From Planctomycetota bacterium (lineage in GTDB: Bacteria > Planctomycetota > SZUA-567 > H5-PLA8), in the NCBI GenBank assembly GCA_045863855.1, contig BTVV01000009.1:1-64000 (forward strand): a DNA stretch of 64,000 nucleotides, in the 5' to 3' direction. The position numbers and the translations under genes are program-made. The notes below the pieces were generated by a model. It saw only the letters and a list, made by a program, of their open reading frames with translations, was not told the origin of the DNA and did not search any database. Below, piece after piece: positions 53,734 to 64,000 of the stretch (positions within the stretch are counted from its first letter, which is position 1; the number at the start of each line of letters is the position of its first letter).

Positions 53734-56700
53734 TTATGGCGCGGAGATGCTGGCCGCCGCCTCCGCGCGATAACCCAGATCCACCCTAACGATGCGTCCA
53801 TTCAGCTTATCCGCGACGAAGGCCGAACGTTCGGTCACGCGTACGCGAATCGGCCATGCGAAGCCGATTTCAGGTTCTCCGGCGGGACTGCCCGGACCTT
53901 CCGCATCGCGATTTCCGTAGCGTCCAAAACGCGTCAGCACTTGGCCTTCGGTATCCAGCACCTCCACTCGAAACTGCATCGCGTCCGGTACGAAGATTCG
54001 GCCGAAACCGTCGGTCCCGAAGCTGGCATGCTCGCAGGTGCAGCGCAGATGATCTCGCGTTCGCGCGACCAGCGGCGAAATACCCAAGTGGGCCCACTCG
54101 AGCCCCTCGACTTTGCAGAGCGGATGCCCGCCGTAGTTGACGCCGATGGCCCAATCTCCGGCCGGGTCCAGAGTCACGCGGCCTCCCGTGGGCTTGAACT
54201 TGACGACGGAACCGTAGCAGTGCGCATACCCCAGCCACGGGCCGGGCGCCACGCCGCTGTCGCGCGGGAGCCGCCCCTCGAAAAACTTGGGCATCAATTC
54301 GTCGGGATGCTTCAGCGAGCAGGCGATATACAGCGACCCATCGCGGTCGCACGCCAGCGTCGCCGCCGGCCCCGAACTCAGCGCCGGCATCGGCAGCGCC
54401 AAGTGGCTCTCGGAGGCCAACGTGCCGTCCGCGAGGTGCTTTCGAACCACCGAACCGGACTCCTCCGCCTGGCTCGCCAGCGTGAAGACCGAACCCTCCG
54501 CATCCACGGTGAAGTAATAGCAGCGCGGCGTCTTCAGCGCGCCTTTCGCATCGCTATTCGGAAAGGGGTCGGGCTCGCCCAAAGCCGAAAAGCGTTCTAG
54601 CTTGTCTTTAGGTTTGAACGCATATAGCTTGCCATCGCGTCCCCGGAAAAAGTGTTGCGGCTTATCGCCTTTCACCAAACTCCCGTCGCGTACGTCGTAC
54701 ACATAGCCGCCGCAGTGCAGAAAGCGTTCCTCGTGGCCAACCTCGAAGGTTTGTAGCGCCTGCGACTGTTCGTCGTCGCCCACCCGCCGGCCATGGGCCG
54801 AGATCGTATCCCCGCGGTCTTCGAAGGCGGCGCCTTGATCGATGAGTTGATGAACGCGACCCGGCGCCACGCTCACCCAAAGCAACGGAGCCTCCGAGTA
54901 AGCATCCAGCGCCATAAGCGCGGGCGTTCGCCGCGCCAAAGAAAGAGCCTGCTCCGCCAATTGCCTCCCTTCGGAAAAACCGTCGAACTTCACCAACCGC
55001 TGTCCTTGCCCCGTGAGCGCCAGCACGTACACCGCTCCGGTTTTGGGATGCACCGCCACTTGCGAAGGCCGCTCGATCCGAATCGCTCCGGCGTAAGCGC
55101 CGCTGGCCTCGAAGACCGCGATGCGCCCGTTGCCTTGGTCGGCCACATACACGCGCCCTTGTGCATCCACGGCCAATCCAGTTGGATCTTGAAAGCGAGT
55201 CTCGCCGTCGCCCGGCGTTTCGAAGGTGCCCAGCCACGGCTCCGCGAAGCCGTCCTTCAGTTCCGCCGGTGCGGCGTTCAGGTCAAAGCGATAAACGGCA
55301 TGATGCGGAGTACCGCCCCAGATGGTTCGCCCTTCGAGGCCGGTAACATACGCAAAGCGACCGTCGGGACTCAGCGCCATAGCCGCCTGCCCGCGAATCA
55401 ATTCATCGGCCAAAACCGGACCCAAATAATCGGATGAGACGCCGCCGTCGGAGCCCAGGAAGAGCAATCGCTTGGGTGCGCGCATCCGGATTTCGTCAAC
55501 GCCGTTGATGACCATCAGTCTGCCGTCACCCGAGATAGCCGGTTGCTGCGGCGGAAGCGAACCGATCTGAGGCACGAAGGGATGCAGGAGAGGTTGGTAG
55601 GTCAGCGGCATCCAACCGCCTTCGGCGGTTGCCAGCACGCGCGCGCCGGCGACCTCTTCGCGCGGAAGCCGGACGGGGAAGGGGAGTGTCTGGCGTACGT
55701 AGCGCCCTTCGCGGTCGAACGCAACGATCGCATGTTGCCTGTAATGCGCACCGCCGATGGATTCCGAAATGGCGTACAGAATGCCCTTGGCATCCACCAC
55801 CAGGCCGTGAACTTTTCCCAGCCGCTGCCGGTCGCCCACCACAATCCCGCCGAACGAAGCCTTCAGGCCCAGTCCCACATGCACGCGATAGGCGCCCGCG
55901 GGCAGACGCCGCCCGTAATCGTCCTTGAAGTCCCAATCCAATTCTTGCTTCAGCGAGTCCGGTTGAAAGGGCTTGGGCGCCTTCGGCCCCAAGTGGCCCG
56001 CGGCCAGATGCCGGACCACGCGGTCTTGCGCGTCCAGAATCGAGACGGCCGCATCCACGGGAGCTTGCACCGTGAAGTGAATCGTCGCCAGTTCGCCCGC
56101 GATTCGAACCTCCGGCGCCTGCGTGAATTTCGCTTCCGCTGCTTGGGCGGCTTGGGGAAGCGCTCGTGCATCCGCGGGCGGCGCGCGTCGTTTAAGGCCA
56201 AGCGCCGCAAGATTCAGCCCTCGGCGCTCCCAAGCTGTGGCCGTCGCATCGTGCAAGGTCCGGCAGTTCTGGAATCCCAGCACGCCGAAGCGATCCGGCA
56301 TGTGGGACGAATCGGCCACGTTCCCGCGCCAGGCGAACTCGGTGTTCGCCCAAACGATGTCCTCCGAGTGATCGTCGCTGGCGCGCCCGATCGTGCGGTA
56401 ACGCAAAAAGTTGACGCCCCATACCGCCGGCAGATCGTCGGCCTCGATGCCCAGATCGCGGTAGGCGATGCGCATTTCAAGCACCCAGTGCCGCTCGTTC
56501 ACTCGCGCGCTCGTGCGCAGCGAGGACGGCTTCCAGGCTTGCCCGTCGCCGCGCGCCAAGGCCGTCTCGCCTTTGGAGTTGGCTTCCAGTATGAAATAGC
56601 CGCCCGAGGCGAGATCCCCCGTGCGCCCAACGTCGAGCAGCACTTCGCACATGTCCTGCGCCCACATTGCGCCTTTTGTAATCATCTGCGCCGGTTTTTC

Positions 56701-57789
56701 TTCTTCGCACAAAAACAGTACGTACAAATGTTCCGCGTCGCTGACCGTCCGAACGAAGGTTCGGTTGCGCAGCGGCGTGCCCGCCAGTTCGCCGTCCAGG
56801 AATCCCAACGTGATCGGTTCCGCGTGGCGCCACGCTTCATCGTCGGGTTGCCCGTCCACCTCGGGCGCTTGCGGAACGACCGGCACCAGGCGTGCGGGAC
56901 TGCCTCCGCAAAGTTCCTCAAGCTGGGGGCGGGAGAAGGCGAAACCTTCCGGAGACTTCGCGGCGGCCAGCGGATGGGCCGGAAGTGCTCGGGCCAAACG
57001 CTGAATTCGTTCGCGCTCGGCGGCGAAAGCCGGGCCGTGCGGATGAAGCAATACGCCCAGCAGCGGCCGAAAAGGATGCCGGATCCGTTCCGTATCCACG
57101 GGCCAGCCCAGTAGCTGGGTGCCCCAAGCGGGTTCCGGAGCCGCCGCAAGCGGCGCGGCGCGGTTCTTTCGAAACGCGTGCAGCCCCAGTCGGCACGTCG
57201 CAGCCGGCTGAAGGTGATCCGGGAGCGCGGTCCAGGGAACCTGAATTTCCACTGTCCACCAGCCGTACTGCTGCCCGCTGGCGGAAGCGATCCCGGGCGC
57301 AGCCCAGACCTCTCTCGAAGCACCCTCCGCTACTATCCTGCGGCAGGTGACGCCGTTCGAATTGACCGCGATTAGAAATCCGCTCTGGCCTTCTTCAGTC
57401 ACAGCACCCAGCCACAGGCCCACGGCGCAATCGTCCAGTACGCCCAGCGCATCCGTTTCGCGTGCGTCCGATTTGAGTCCGCCTTTGGGAATGCGGCCAT
57501 GAAAGCGCGCGTAGAGGTGCCGCGCATCCGTGGCGAATCGTACTTCGCCGCCGAATTTGGCCGGACCGGCCACATCGGGATGCGTATAACGCAGGTCCAA
57601 CGCTGGCGCCGAACGCCAAGCAGCGTCCCAGGGTTTGCCGTCGATGCGGGGAGGTTCGGTGCATGCCGGCGCCAGCGTATGATCGGCGCCCAGCGCCGCC
57701 TGGAGTTCCGCAAGCGTCAGGGAATCGTCCGCCGCGAGACAAGCGAAGGCGGTCATCCAGACCGCGCACAGCACCGCGGCGGTACGCAT
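53734..57789 (-). CDS. Large secreted protein: two CBM9-like domains, FlgD-Ig-like domain, NHL beta-propeller repeats
   Basis: PRIDGKP.D.AW...WTVEIQVPW and PEVDGQPDDEAW...WVLEMRIAY; VVRHLAAG...WDFKDDYG; DPTGLAVDAQGRVYVADQGN, FVADKLNGRIV. Confidence 0.75.
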   Translation of the reverse strand: MRTAAVLCAVWMTAFACLAADDSLTLAELQAALGADHTLAPACTEPPRIDGKPWDAAWRSAPALDLRYTHPDVAGPAKFGGEVRFATDARHLYARFHGRIPKGGLKSDARETDALGVLDDCAVGLWLGAVTEEGQSGFLIAVNSNGVTCRRIVAEGASREVWAAPGIASASGQQYGWWTVEIQVPWTALPDHLQPAATCRLGLHAFRKNRAAPLAAAPEPAWGTQLLGWPVDTERIRHPFRPLLGVLLHPHGPAFAAERERIQRLARALPAHPLAAAKSPEGFAFSRPQLEELCGGSPARLVPVVPQAPEVDGQPDDEAWRHAEPITLGFLDGELAGTPLRNRTFVRTVSDAEHLYVLFLCEEEKPAQMITKGAMWAQDMCEVLLDVGRTGDLASGGYFILEANSKGETALARGDGQAWKPSSLRTSARVNERHWVLEMRIAYRDLGIEADDLPAVWGVNFLRYRTIGRASDDHSEDIVWANTEFAWRGNVADSSHMPDRFGVLGFQNCRTLHDATATAWERRGLNLAALGLKRRAPPADARALPQAAQAAEAKFTQAPEVRIAGELATIHFTVQAPVDAAVSILDAQDRVVRHLAAGHLGPKAPKPFQPDSLKQELDWDFKDDYGRRLPAGAYRVHVGLGLKASFGGIVVGDRQRLGKVHGLVVDAKGILYAISESIGGAHYRQHAIVAFDREGRYVRQTLPFPVRLPREEVAGARVLATAEGGWMPLTYQPLLHPFVPQIGSLPPQQPAISGDGRLMVINGVDEIRMRAPKRLLFLGSDGGVSSDYLGPVLADELIRGQAAMALSPDGRFAYVTGLEGRTIWGGTPHHAVYRFDLNAAPAELKDGFAEPWLGTFETPGDGETRFQDPTGLAVDAQGRVYVADQGNGRIAVFEASGAYAGAIRIERPSQVAVHPKTGAVYVLALTGQGQRLVKFDGFSEGRQLAEQALSLARRTPALMALDAYSEAPLLWVSVAPGRVHQLIDQGAAFEDRGDTISAHGRRVGDDEQSQALQTFEVGHEERFLHCGGYVYDVRDGSLVKGDKPQHFFRGRDGKLYAFKPKDKLERFSALGEPDPFPNSDAKGALKTPRCYYFTVDAEGSVFTLASQAEESGSVVRKHLADGTLASESHLALPMPALSSGPAATLACDRDGSLYIACSLKHPDELMPKFFEGRLPRDSGVAPGPWLGYAHCYGSVVKFKPTGGRVTLDPAGDWAIGVNYGGHPLCKVEGLEWAHLGISPLVARTRDHLRCTCEHASFGTDGFGRIFVPDAMQFRVEVLDTEGQVLTRFGRYGNRDAEGPGSPAGEPEIGFAWPIRVRVTERSAFVADKLNGRIVRVDLGYRAEAAASISAP

Positions 57790-57818
57790 GGGGGCTCTCC
57801 TGGCGCTGAGTCGTTGGA

Positions 57819-59588
57819 TTACTTCACCGCGCGCGGGCCGTAATGCGGAAGCTCCGCCCCGAACTCGAATGCGCCCAAGTCCGGCGCCGCGCCTTTATAC
57901 CCATCGTTGAAGTTGGGCAGTACGACGCCCTTGTCGATCGCGCCCGACTTCTCGGCCAGCCGCATATCGCAAGCTTCGGGCGCCGCTTCGACTTTCGGGT
58001 CCGCCGGCGGCTTGGTGCCGTTCGCGAAGCAGGTGGAAGCGTCGATCGAATGAGCGCCTTTGTCCTTGTAGATCTCGCCGCCCGCCCGGGCATCCTCGAT
58101 CGTCTTGTAAGTCTTGCGGGCATTCCACGTGGCGAACGTCTGGAACCCGCCGTACCCGTCGTTGTCGAAATCGCAGAAGCGCATGTTCGGCGTGCCGACG
58201 TTCAGGCCCGTCCCGCCCGTGCCGAGGAACAGGTTGTTTCGCAGCAGCAGGTTGGTCACGGTCTCGTGGGCCGGCACGATATTGAAGCCGCCGCCGTTGC
58301 GCAGGCTCGTGTTGTGGAAGATTACCACCCCGCTGGTGTGGTTGTGCAGCTTGAAAGGCGAGTACGTACAGTTGTAGATCACGTTGCGGAAAAAGTAGAC
58401 CGGACCGCCGCGAATCGGCTGCGCCGTGAAGCCGTGCGCGACGTTGCGTACGCGGTTGCCCCACACGCGCACGTTGAAGTCCGCGTAGTCCGTCTCGATC
58501 CCGTCGTCGGTGCAGATGTTGCAGTCGTTATGGTAGAAGTCCGTCGACGAAAGCCCGCCGTGCCCGCAGCCGTGAACCGCGTCGCCGGTATTCTGGATCA
58601 AATTGTGGCAGACCACATGCCCCGCGCCGGTCATGTAGGTCAGGCAAAACGACTCGATGCCTTTCGTTCGCGGCCAAGTGGTCGGCCCCTGGTAATCGTT
58701 ATCGGCGATAAAATGCCGCTGGCTCTTGGTCTCGTCGCCGTTGTGAGCCGTGAAGCCTTTGGTGACCTCCCGGAAGACGCAGCGCCGGATCACCCAGTGG
58801 CTGCCTTCGTGCGCGACGATCCCGTACTCGCGCCCGCGCAGCGTCAAGCCTTCCAGCCAAATGTGCTTGAGCGCGTTGGCGCTGATCAGCCGGCCGCCTT
58901 TTTTGTGGTCCCCGCCGCCGTCAAGAATCACCTCGCCATCGCCCGCTGCGCGAAAGACCAGCGGCTTCCCCGGCGCGCCGGACTTCGGGATTACGAACGT
59001 GTCGCCTTTGCACTGTTCCTTTACGTAGGTGCCCGCGTGCAGCAGGAAGAGTGTCCCCGGCTGAGCCGCGGCCACCGCCGCATCGAGCCCCTTAAAGGGA
59101 TCTTCTTTCGTACCCGTTCCGCCGCCGGTGCCGGGCACCACGTGGACGGTAGTCAGGTCCGCCGGGGCCACCGGTTCCTGCCAAGTCGTCATCTTCAGGA
59201 CCTTCTCGGCGGCGCCGCCGTCGGGGTCTTTCAGATTGAGCTTTACTTCGTACTCCGTTGCCGGTTCCAGCCCCAGGACGCTTCCGGCGAACATCCAACC
59301 GCCTTCCACCGTGTGCTTCTTCGAAGTATTCTCTGCGTGCGGATTCGGGCGGCTGCGGAAGAGCGGAAAGCCTTGCCGCCAATCAGGTTCACTGACCTTG
59401 CGGTAGTGCACCGCAATCTCGGCATTGGCGTTGGCGTCGCCTTTGATCTTCCAGCGCACCCCTAAACAATGAATCGTGGGGATCTCCTCAACCGGCTCCC
59501 CCAGCGGCTCCGAGGCATCCTCACCGGCGCCAATCAACCCGGTAACCAGTAGAGGCAGGAGGCAGATCCAGCGAGTTCCGATGCGCAT
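57819..59588 (-). CDS. Secreted FN3-like + right-handed parallel beta-helix protein (polysaccharide-lyase-like fold)
   Basis: Signal peptide from ATG 59588; GLEPATEYEV; PGTLFLLHAGTY; DDGIETD; AIDKG...APDLGAFE. Confidence 0.75.
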   Translation of the reverse strand: MRIGTRWICLLPLLVTGLIGAGEDASEPLGEPVEEIPTIHCLGVRWKIKGDANANAEIAVHYRKVSEPDWRQGFPLFRSRPNPHAENTSKKHTVEGGWMFAGSVLGLEPATEYEVKLNLKDPDGGAAEKVLKMTTWQEPVAPADLTTVHVVPGTGGGTGTKEDPFKGLDAAVAAAQPGTLFLLHAGTYVKEQCKGDTFVIPKSGAPGKPLVFRAAGDGEVILDGGGDHKKGGRLISANALKHIWLEGLTLRGREYGIVAHEGSHWVIRRCVFREVTKGFTAHNGDETKSQRHFIADNDYQGPTTWPRTKGIESFCLTYMTGAGHVVCHNLIQNTGDAVHGCGHGGLSSTDFYHNDCNICTDDGIETDYADFNVRVWGNRVRNVAHGFTAQPIRGGPVYFFRNVIYNCTYSPFKLHNHTSGVVIFHNTSLRNGGGFNIVPAHETVTNLLLRNNLFLGTGGTGLNVGTPNMRFCDFDNDGYGGFQTFATWNARKTYKTIEDARAGGEIYKDKGAHSIDASTCFANGTKPPADPKVEAAPEACDMRLAEKSGAIDKGVVLPNFNDGYKGAAPDLGAFEFGAELPHYGPRAVK

Positions 59589-59855
59589 GCGGGTTCCTAG
59601 CTTCTCAGGAGGTATAGACAGCACCTATGGACAGTACACCGTTACTATATATAGTTCGCTCGGATTCGGGCAATTTTTTGGACACGGGCTGGAGATCCGG
59701 CCGATTGCGGCATCTACTGTCCCAGCCACGACTTGCCTTGAAGCTCCGTTGGAGTATCCGCGTCTCTCGTCAGGCGTTATAATGGAAGGGCTACTCCTTA
59801 AACGGGACGCAACGGCGTTCCAGAGCGAACTAAACCACAGGACCGGGAGCGGTCG

Positions 59856-60848
<993 letters not shown>

Positions 60849-60871
60849 CGCATCGAAAGCACCCTGACGCC

Positions 60872-61759
60872 ATGGCCGAAGCCGAGGTCGCCGAACTCCT
60901 GAAGGAAGTCCGCCGCGTTCAGATCGTGGCCAGCCGCCTCGTTAACGATCTGCTCGCCGGCGAATACCTTTCCGCCTTCAAAGGCCGCGGCATGGTCTTC
61001 GAGGAAGTCCGCGCCTACGTGCCCGGCGACGAGATCCGCAGCATCGATTGGAACGTCACCGCGCGCACCGGCGAACCGTACGTCAAACGGTTCTGCGAGG
61101 AACGCGAGCTGACCGTCCTCTTCGCCGTCGACGTCTCCGCCTCGGGTCTATTCGGCAGCCAGCGCCGCAGCAAACTTCAGACCGCCGTCCAGGTCGCCGC
61201 GGTGCTGATGTTCAGCGCGCTGCGCAACAACGATAAGGTAGGACTCGTCACCTTCGCCGACGGCGTGCGCGAGTACGTGCCGCCGCGCAAAGGGCGCGGC
61301 GCGGTGCTGCGGTTGATCCGCGACCTCCTGGCCGCCGAGCCCGTCCGCGAGCCCACCGATCTGGCTTCGGCCTTGGAGTTCGTGGGCCACGTCCAGCGCC
61401 GCCGCGCCGTGGTCTTCGTGATCAGCGATTTCCAGGCGCCCGATTGCAGCCGCGCGCTGCGCATCGCACGCCAGCGCCACGACGTCATCGCCATCACGCT
61501 GGCCGATCCGCGCGAACACGCGCTGCCCGAAGTCGGCTTCGTCACGCTCGAAGACGCCGAGACCGGCGAGATTCGGGAGGTCGACGCGCGCCACCCGCGC
61601 GTCCGGGCGCTCTTTGCGCACCGCGCCGAACAGCGCGAAGCACGCCTCGCCGAAACGCTGCGCCGCTGCGGCGTCGACCGCATGGACATTCGCACCGACC
61701 GGCCCTACGCCAGCAGTTTGCAGCGATTTTTTCGCATGCGGGAGCGGCGCTACCGATGA
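60872..61759 (+). CDS. DUF58 family protein
   Basis: FKGRGMVFEEVRAYVPGDEIRSIDWNVTAR, DVSAS, ISDF; follows moxR. Confidence 0.95.
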   Translation: MAEAEVAELLKEVRRVQIVASRLVNDLLAGEYLSAFKGRGMVFEEVRAYVPGDEIRSIDWNVTARTGEPYVKRFCEERELTVLFAVDVSASGLFGSQRRSKLQTAVQVAAVLMFSALRNNDKVGLVTFADGVREYVPPRKGRGAVLRLIRDLLAAEPVREPTDLASALEFVGHVQRRRAVVFVISDFQAPDCSRALRIARQRHDVIAITLADPREHALPEVGFVTLEDAETGEIREVDARHPRVRALFAHRAEQREARLAETLRRCGVDRMDIRTDRPYASSLQRFFRMRERRYR

Positions 61760-62817
61760 GACGCCGAATACGCCATGCTTCCGTATACGTCTTGCTGGCG
61801 GCGCTGGCGGCTTGCGCGCCGGCGCCCGATGCCGGTACCTCGAACGACGACCCGGCGGCGCTGGGCGAACCCTTGGTCCGTGAGGCCGAGAAGGGGCCCG
61901 TCAAGCTGCGCCTCGAACTGCGTCCCGCGCAACCCCGGCTCTCCGATACGGTTCGCCTGTTGCTCGAAGTCCGCGCCGCGCCGGAAGTCGAGATCGAGCC
62001 CCCAGCCTTCGCCAAATCCATGGGCGAGTTTCTCATCTCCGACTTCCACGAAGCTGCGGCGGGCCTCGAAGATGGCGTACCCGTGCGGCGCTTTCACTAC
62101 GAGTTGGAGCCCACGCAGGCCGGCCCGCACCTGATCCGCGAACTTTCGGTCACCTTTGTCGATCGGCGAGCGGCCTCGGAAGCGACGGATGCCCGAGGCG
62201 AGGTGGCGCTGGACCCGGTTCAAGTGGACGTGACCTCCGAGTTCGCCTCCGGCGCCCCCGATCTCGCGCAACTCGAACCGATGCGCGATCCCGTGGCGCT
62301 GCCCGTTCCGCCTTCGCGTTGGGCCTGGATCGTCGCCGGCGCGCTCGGGGTGCTGGCGCTCACGGGCTTGTTGCTGTACCTGCGCCGCCGCAGGCACGCG
62401 CTCGAAGCCGCCGCGCCGCAGCGGTCGCCTGAGGAGATCGCGCACGAAGCCCTCAGACTCCTGCGCGAGCGCCGCCTGCCCGAACAGGGCCAGTTCGCCG
62501 AGTTTTACGTCGAACTCACGGCCATCGTCCGCCGCTACGTCGAACTGCGCACCGCCATTCATGCGCCCGAGCAGACTACCGAAGAATTCCTTCGCGCGAT
62601 GCGCGCCGACGTGCGCTTCGATCCGGGGCAGCGGGAACGTTTGCGGCACTTCCTCGAAGCCAGTGACTTGGTCAAGTACGCGGCACAACGTCCGCGCGCC
62701 GAAGAGATCGAAGACGCCTTCGACCGCGCGCAGCAGTTCGTTGGACTGGGCGGGCAGGGGCTGTTGCGCCCGGAGCCAACTCCCGAACTCGCGGAAGCCG
62801 GCGGAGCGGCGCGATGA
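61756..62817 (+). CDS. Bat-operon membrane protein (BatD-like/DUF4381-like), possible lipoprotein
   Basis: ATGA overlap with DUF58; LAAC lipobox-like; TM helix; EQTTEEF...DLVKYA. Confidence 0.7.
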   Translation: MRRRIRHASVYVLLAALAACAPAPDAGTSNDDPAALGEPLVREAEKGPVKLRLELRPAQPRLSDTVRLLLEVRAAPEVEIEPPAFAKSMGEFLISDFHEAAAGLEDGVPVRRFHYELEPTQAGPHLIRELSVTFVDRRAASEATDARGEVALDPVQVDVTSEFASGAPDLAQLEPMRDPVALPVPPSRWAWIVAGALGVLALTGLLLYLRRRRHALEAAAPQRSPEEIAHEALRLLRERRLPEQGQFAEFYVELTAIVRRYVELRTAIHAPEQTTEEFLRAMRADVRFDPGQRERLRHFLEASDLVKYAAQRPRAEEIEDAFDRAQQFVGLGGQGLLRPEPTPELAEAGGAAR

Positions 62818-63896
62818 TCGAAACGTGGCCCACCTTCCGCGCGCCGGAATTTCTCGCCCTCTTGCCCGTCGCCGCCGGAACCGTCTACTACGCGCTGCGT
62901 CGCGCCGCGCGCCCTACCGTGCTTTACTCCAGCGTCGCCGACCTGCGCGGACTGCCGGTCTCGTGGGCCCACAGACTTAAGCAGGCCATGCCCTACGTCC
63001 GCATGCTGGGCTTGGGATGCCTCATCGTCGCCTTGGCCCGCCCGCAGCAGGGCATCACCGAGACCTTGCTGCGCACCGAAGGCATCGCCATTCAGGCCGC
63101 GCTCGATACATCGGGTTCCATGGACGCGATGGATTTCACACTCGACGGCAAGCGCAGTTCGCGCATGGAAGCCGTGAAGCGCGTTTTCACCGAGTTCGTG
63201 GCCGGGGCGCCAGCCGCCGGATTGGCCGGACGGCCCGACGATCCGATCGGCCTCGTCGCGTTCGGCGGATACGCCGACAGCCGCTGCCCGCTCACGCTCG
63301 ATCACGGCGCATTGGTCGAAGTCGTAAAGACCCTCGATACGCCCAAGCTGCTCGAAGACCGCCGCGGAAACGTCGTCAACGAAGACCTGTGGCGCGAAGA
63401 GCAGCGCACCGCCATCGGCGACGCCATCGCACTATCGCTCGGGCGGCTCAAGGAAATTACGGCCAAGAGCAAGGTCATTGTCCTGCTTTCCGACGGCGTG
63501 AACAACGCCGGCGTGGCCGATCCCGTCGAGGCCGCGCGCGCGGCGAAAGAGATGGGCATCCGTATCTACTCCATCGGCATCGGGCAGACCGGCTCGGCGC
63601 TGTTTCCCGTGCCCGATCGCTTCGGAAAGACTGTCCTGCGCCCCATGGACGTCGAACTCGACGAGCGTCTGCTGAAGGAAGTTGCGAGCATGACCGGCGG
63701 GCAATACTTCAACGCGAAAGATACCGAAGCGCTGCGCAAAGTGTACGCAGAGATCGACCGACTCGAGCGGACGGAGACCGAGCGCCGCGTGTTCACCGAT
63801 TACCACGAGCGTTACCCCGCGCCGTTATTGGCCGGGTTAGTGCTCCTGCTGCTCGACGGTGTGCTCGCGGCCACCCGGCTGCGAACGCTGCCCTGA
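62814..63896 (+). CDS. batA: BatA-type VWA domain membrane protein
   Basis: IVALARP, MIDAS DTSGSM, PLTLDH, TAIGDA, LLSDGVNN, IDRLE, C-terminal TM. Confidence 0.88.
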   Translation: MIETWPTFRAPEFLALLPVAAGTVYYALRRAARPTVLYSSVADLRGLPVSWAHRLKQAMPYVRMLGLGCLIVALARPQQGITETLLRTEGIAIQAALDTSGSMDAMDFTLDGKRSSRMEAVKRVFTEFVAGAPAAGLAGRPDDPIGLVAFGGYADSRCPLTLDHGALVEVVKTLDTPKLLEDRRGNVVNEDLWREEQRTAIGDAIALSLGRLKEITAKSKVIVLLSDGVNNAGVADPVEAARAAKEMGIRIYSIGIGQTGSALFPVPDRFGKTVLRPMDVELDERLLKEVASMTGGQYFNAKDTEALRKVYAEIDRLERTETERRVFTDYHERYPAPLLAGLVLLLLDGVLAATRLRTLP

Positions 63897-63928
63897 ATGC
63901 CTTGAACCGAAGGAGCCGTGCGTAAGCG

Positions 63929-64000
63929 ATGGAATGGGCCGAACCTGCCGCGTTTTATCTGCTCTGGCTGATCCCCGCCTGGATCGGCCTGCAGGTTTAC
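63929..64000 (+). CDS. BatB-like VWA protein, N-terminal fragment (runs off the window)
   Basis: MEWAEPAAFYLLWLIP resembles the Bat N-terminal membrane motif; position directly after batA. Confidence 0.6.
   Translation, partial: MEWAEPAAFYLLWLIPAWIGLQVY

Overview
GC-rich, gene-dense bacterial DNA with about 36 CDS. The many secreted proteins, Ser/Thr kinases and MoxR/Bat/VWA genes suggest Planctomycetota/PVC (inference). I saw no rRNA, tRNA, CRISPR, transposase or phage genes. From left to right: a tandem-repeated window start that replaces the 5' end of a VWA/GATase-like membrane protein gene; four secreted-protein genes (one caspase-fold protein without the catalytic Cys, one BNR-propeller gene broken by an in-frame TAG); a hybrid histidine kinase; an ArsR plus two half-YeeE sulfur-transport operon with an ATTC-N8-GAAT operator; a GntR/LacI - putative glycoside hydrolase - PhyH dioxygenase - HPS-like locus; an HTH/pseudo-receiver, a HEAT-repeat protein, a tandem Ser/Thr kinase and an orphan PilB/GspE ATPase; a Sel1 protein; a two-partner secretion (TPS) locus; a cNMP-cNMP-4Fe-4S protein; a MacAB-like ABC exporter; three secreted propeller/beta-helix proteins; and the start of a moxR-DUF58-bat operon. 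The best candidate for an undescribed system is the TPS locus. A membrane Ser/Thr kinase - coiled coil - FGE-sulfatase protein sits between the 3943-aa TpsA and its TpsB, where a CDI immunity gene would be, suggesting an adhesin-coupled contact-signalling module. GC skew also reverses across the window, with a dif-like sequence at about 52.6 kb, so this may be the replication terminus. All calls rest on motif recognition by eye; no searches were run.
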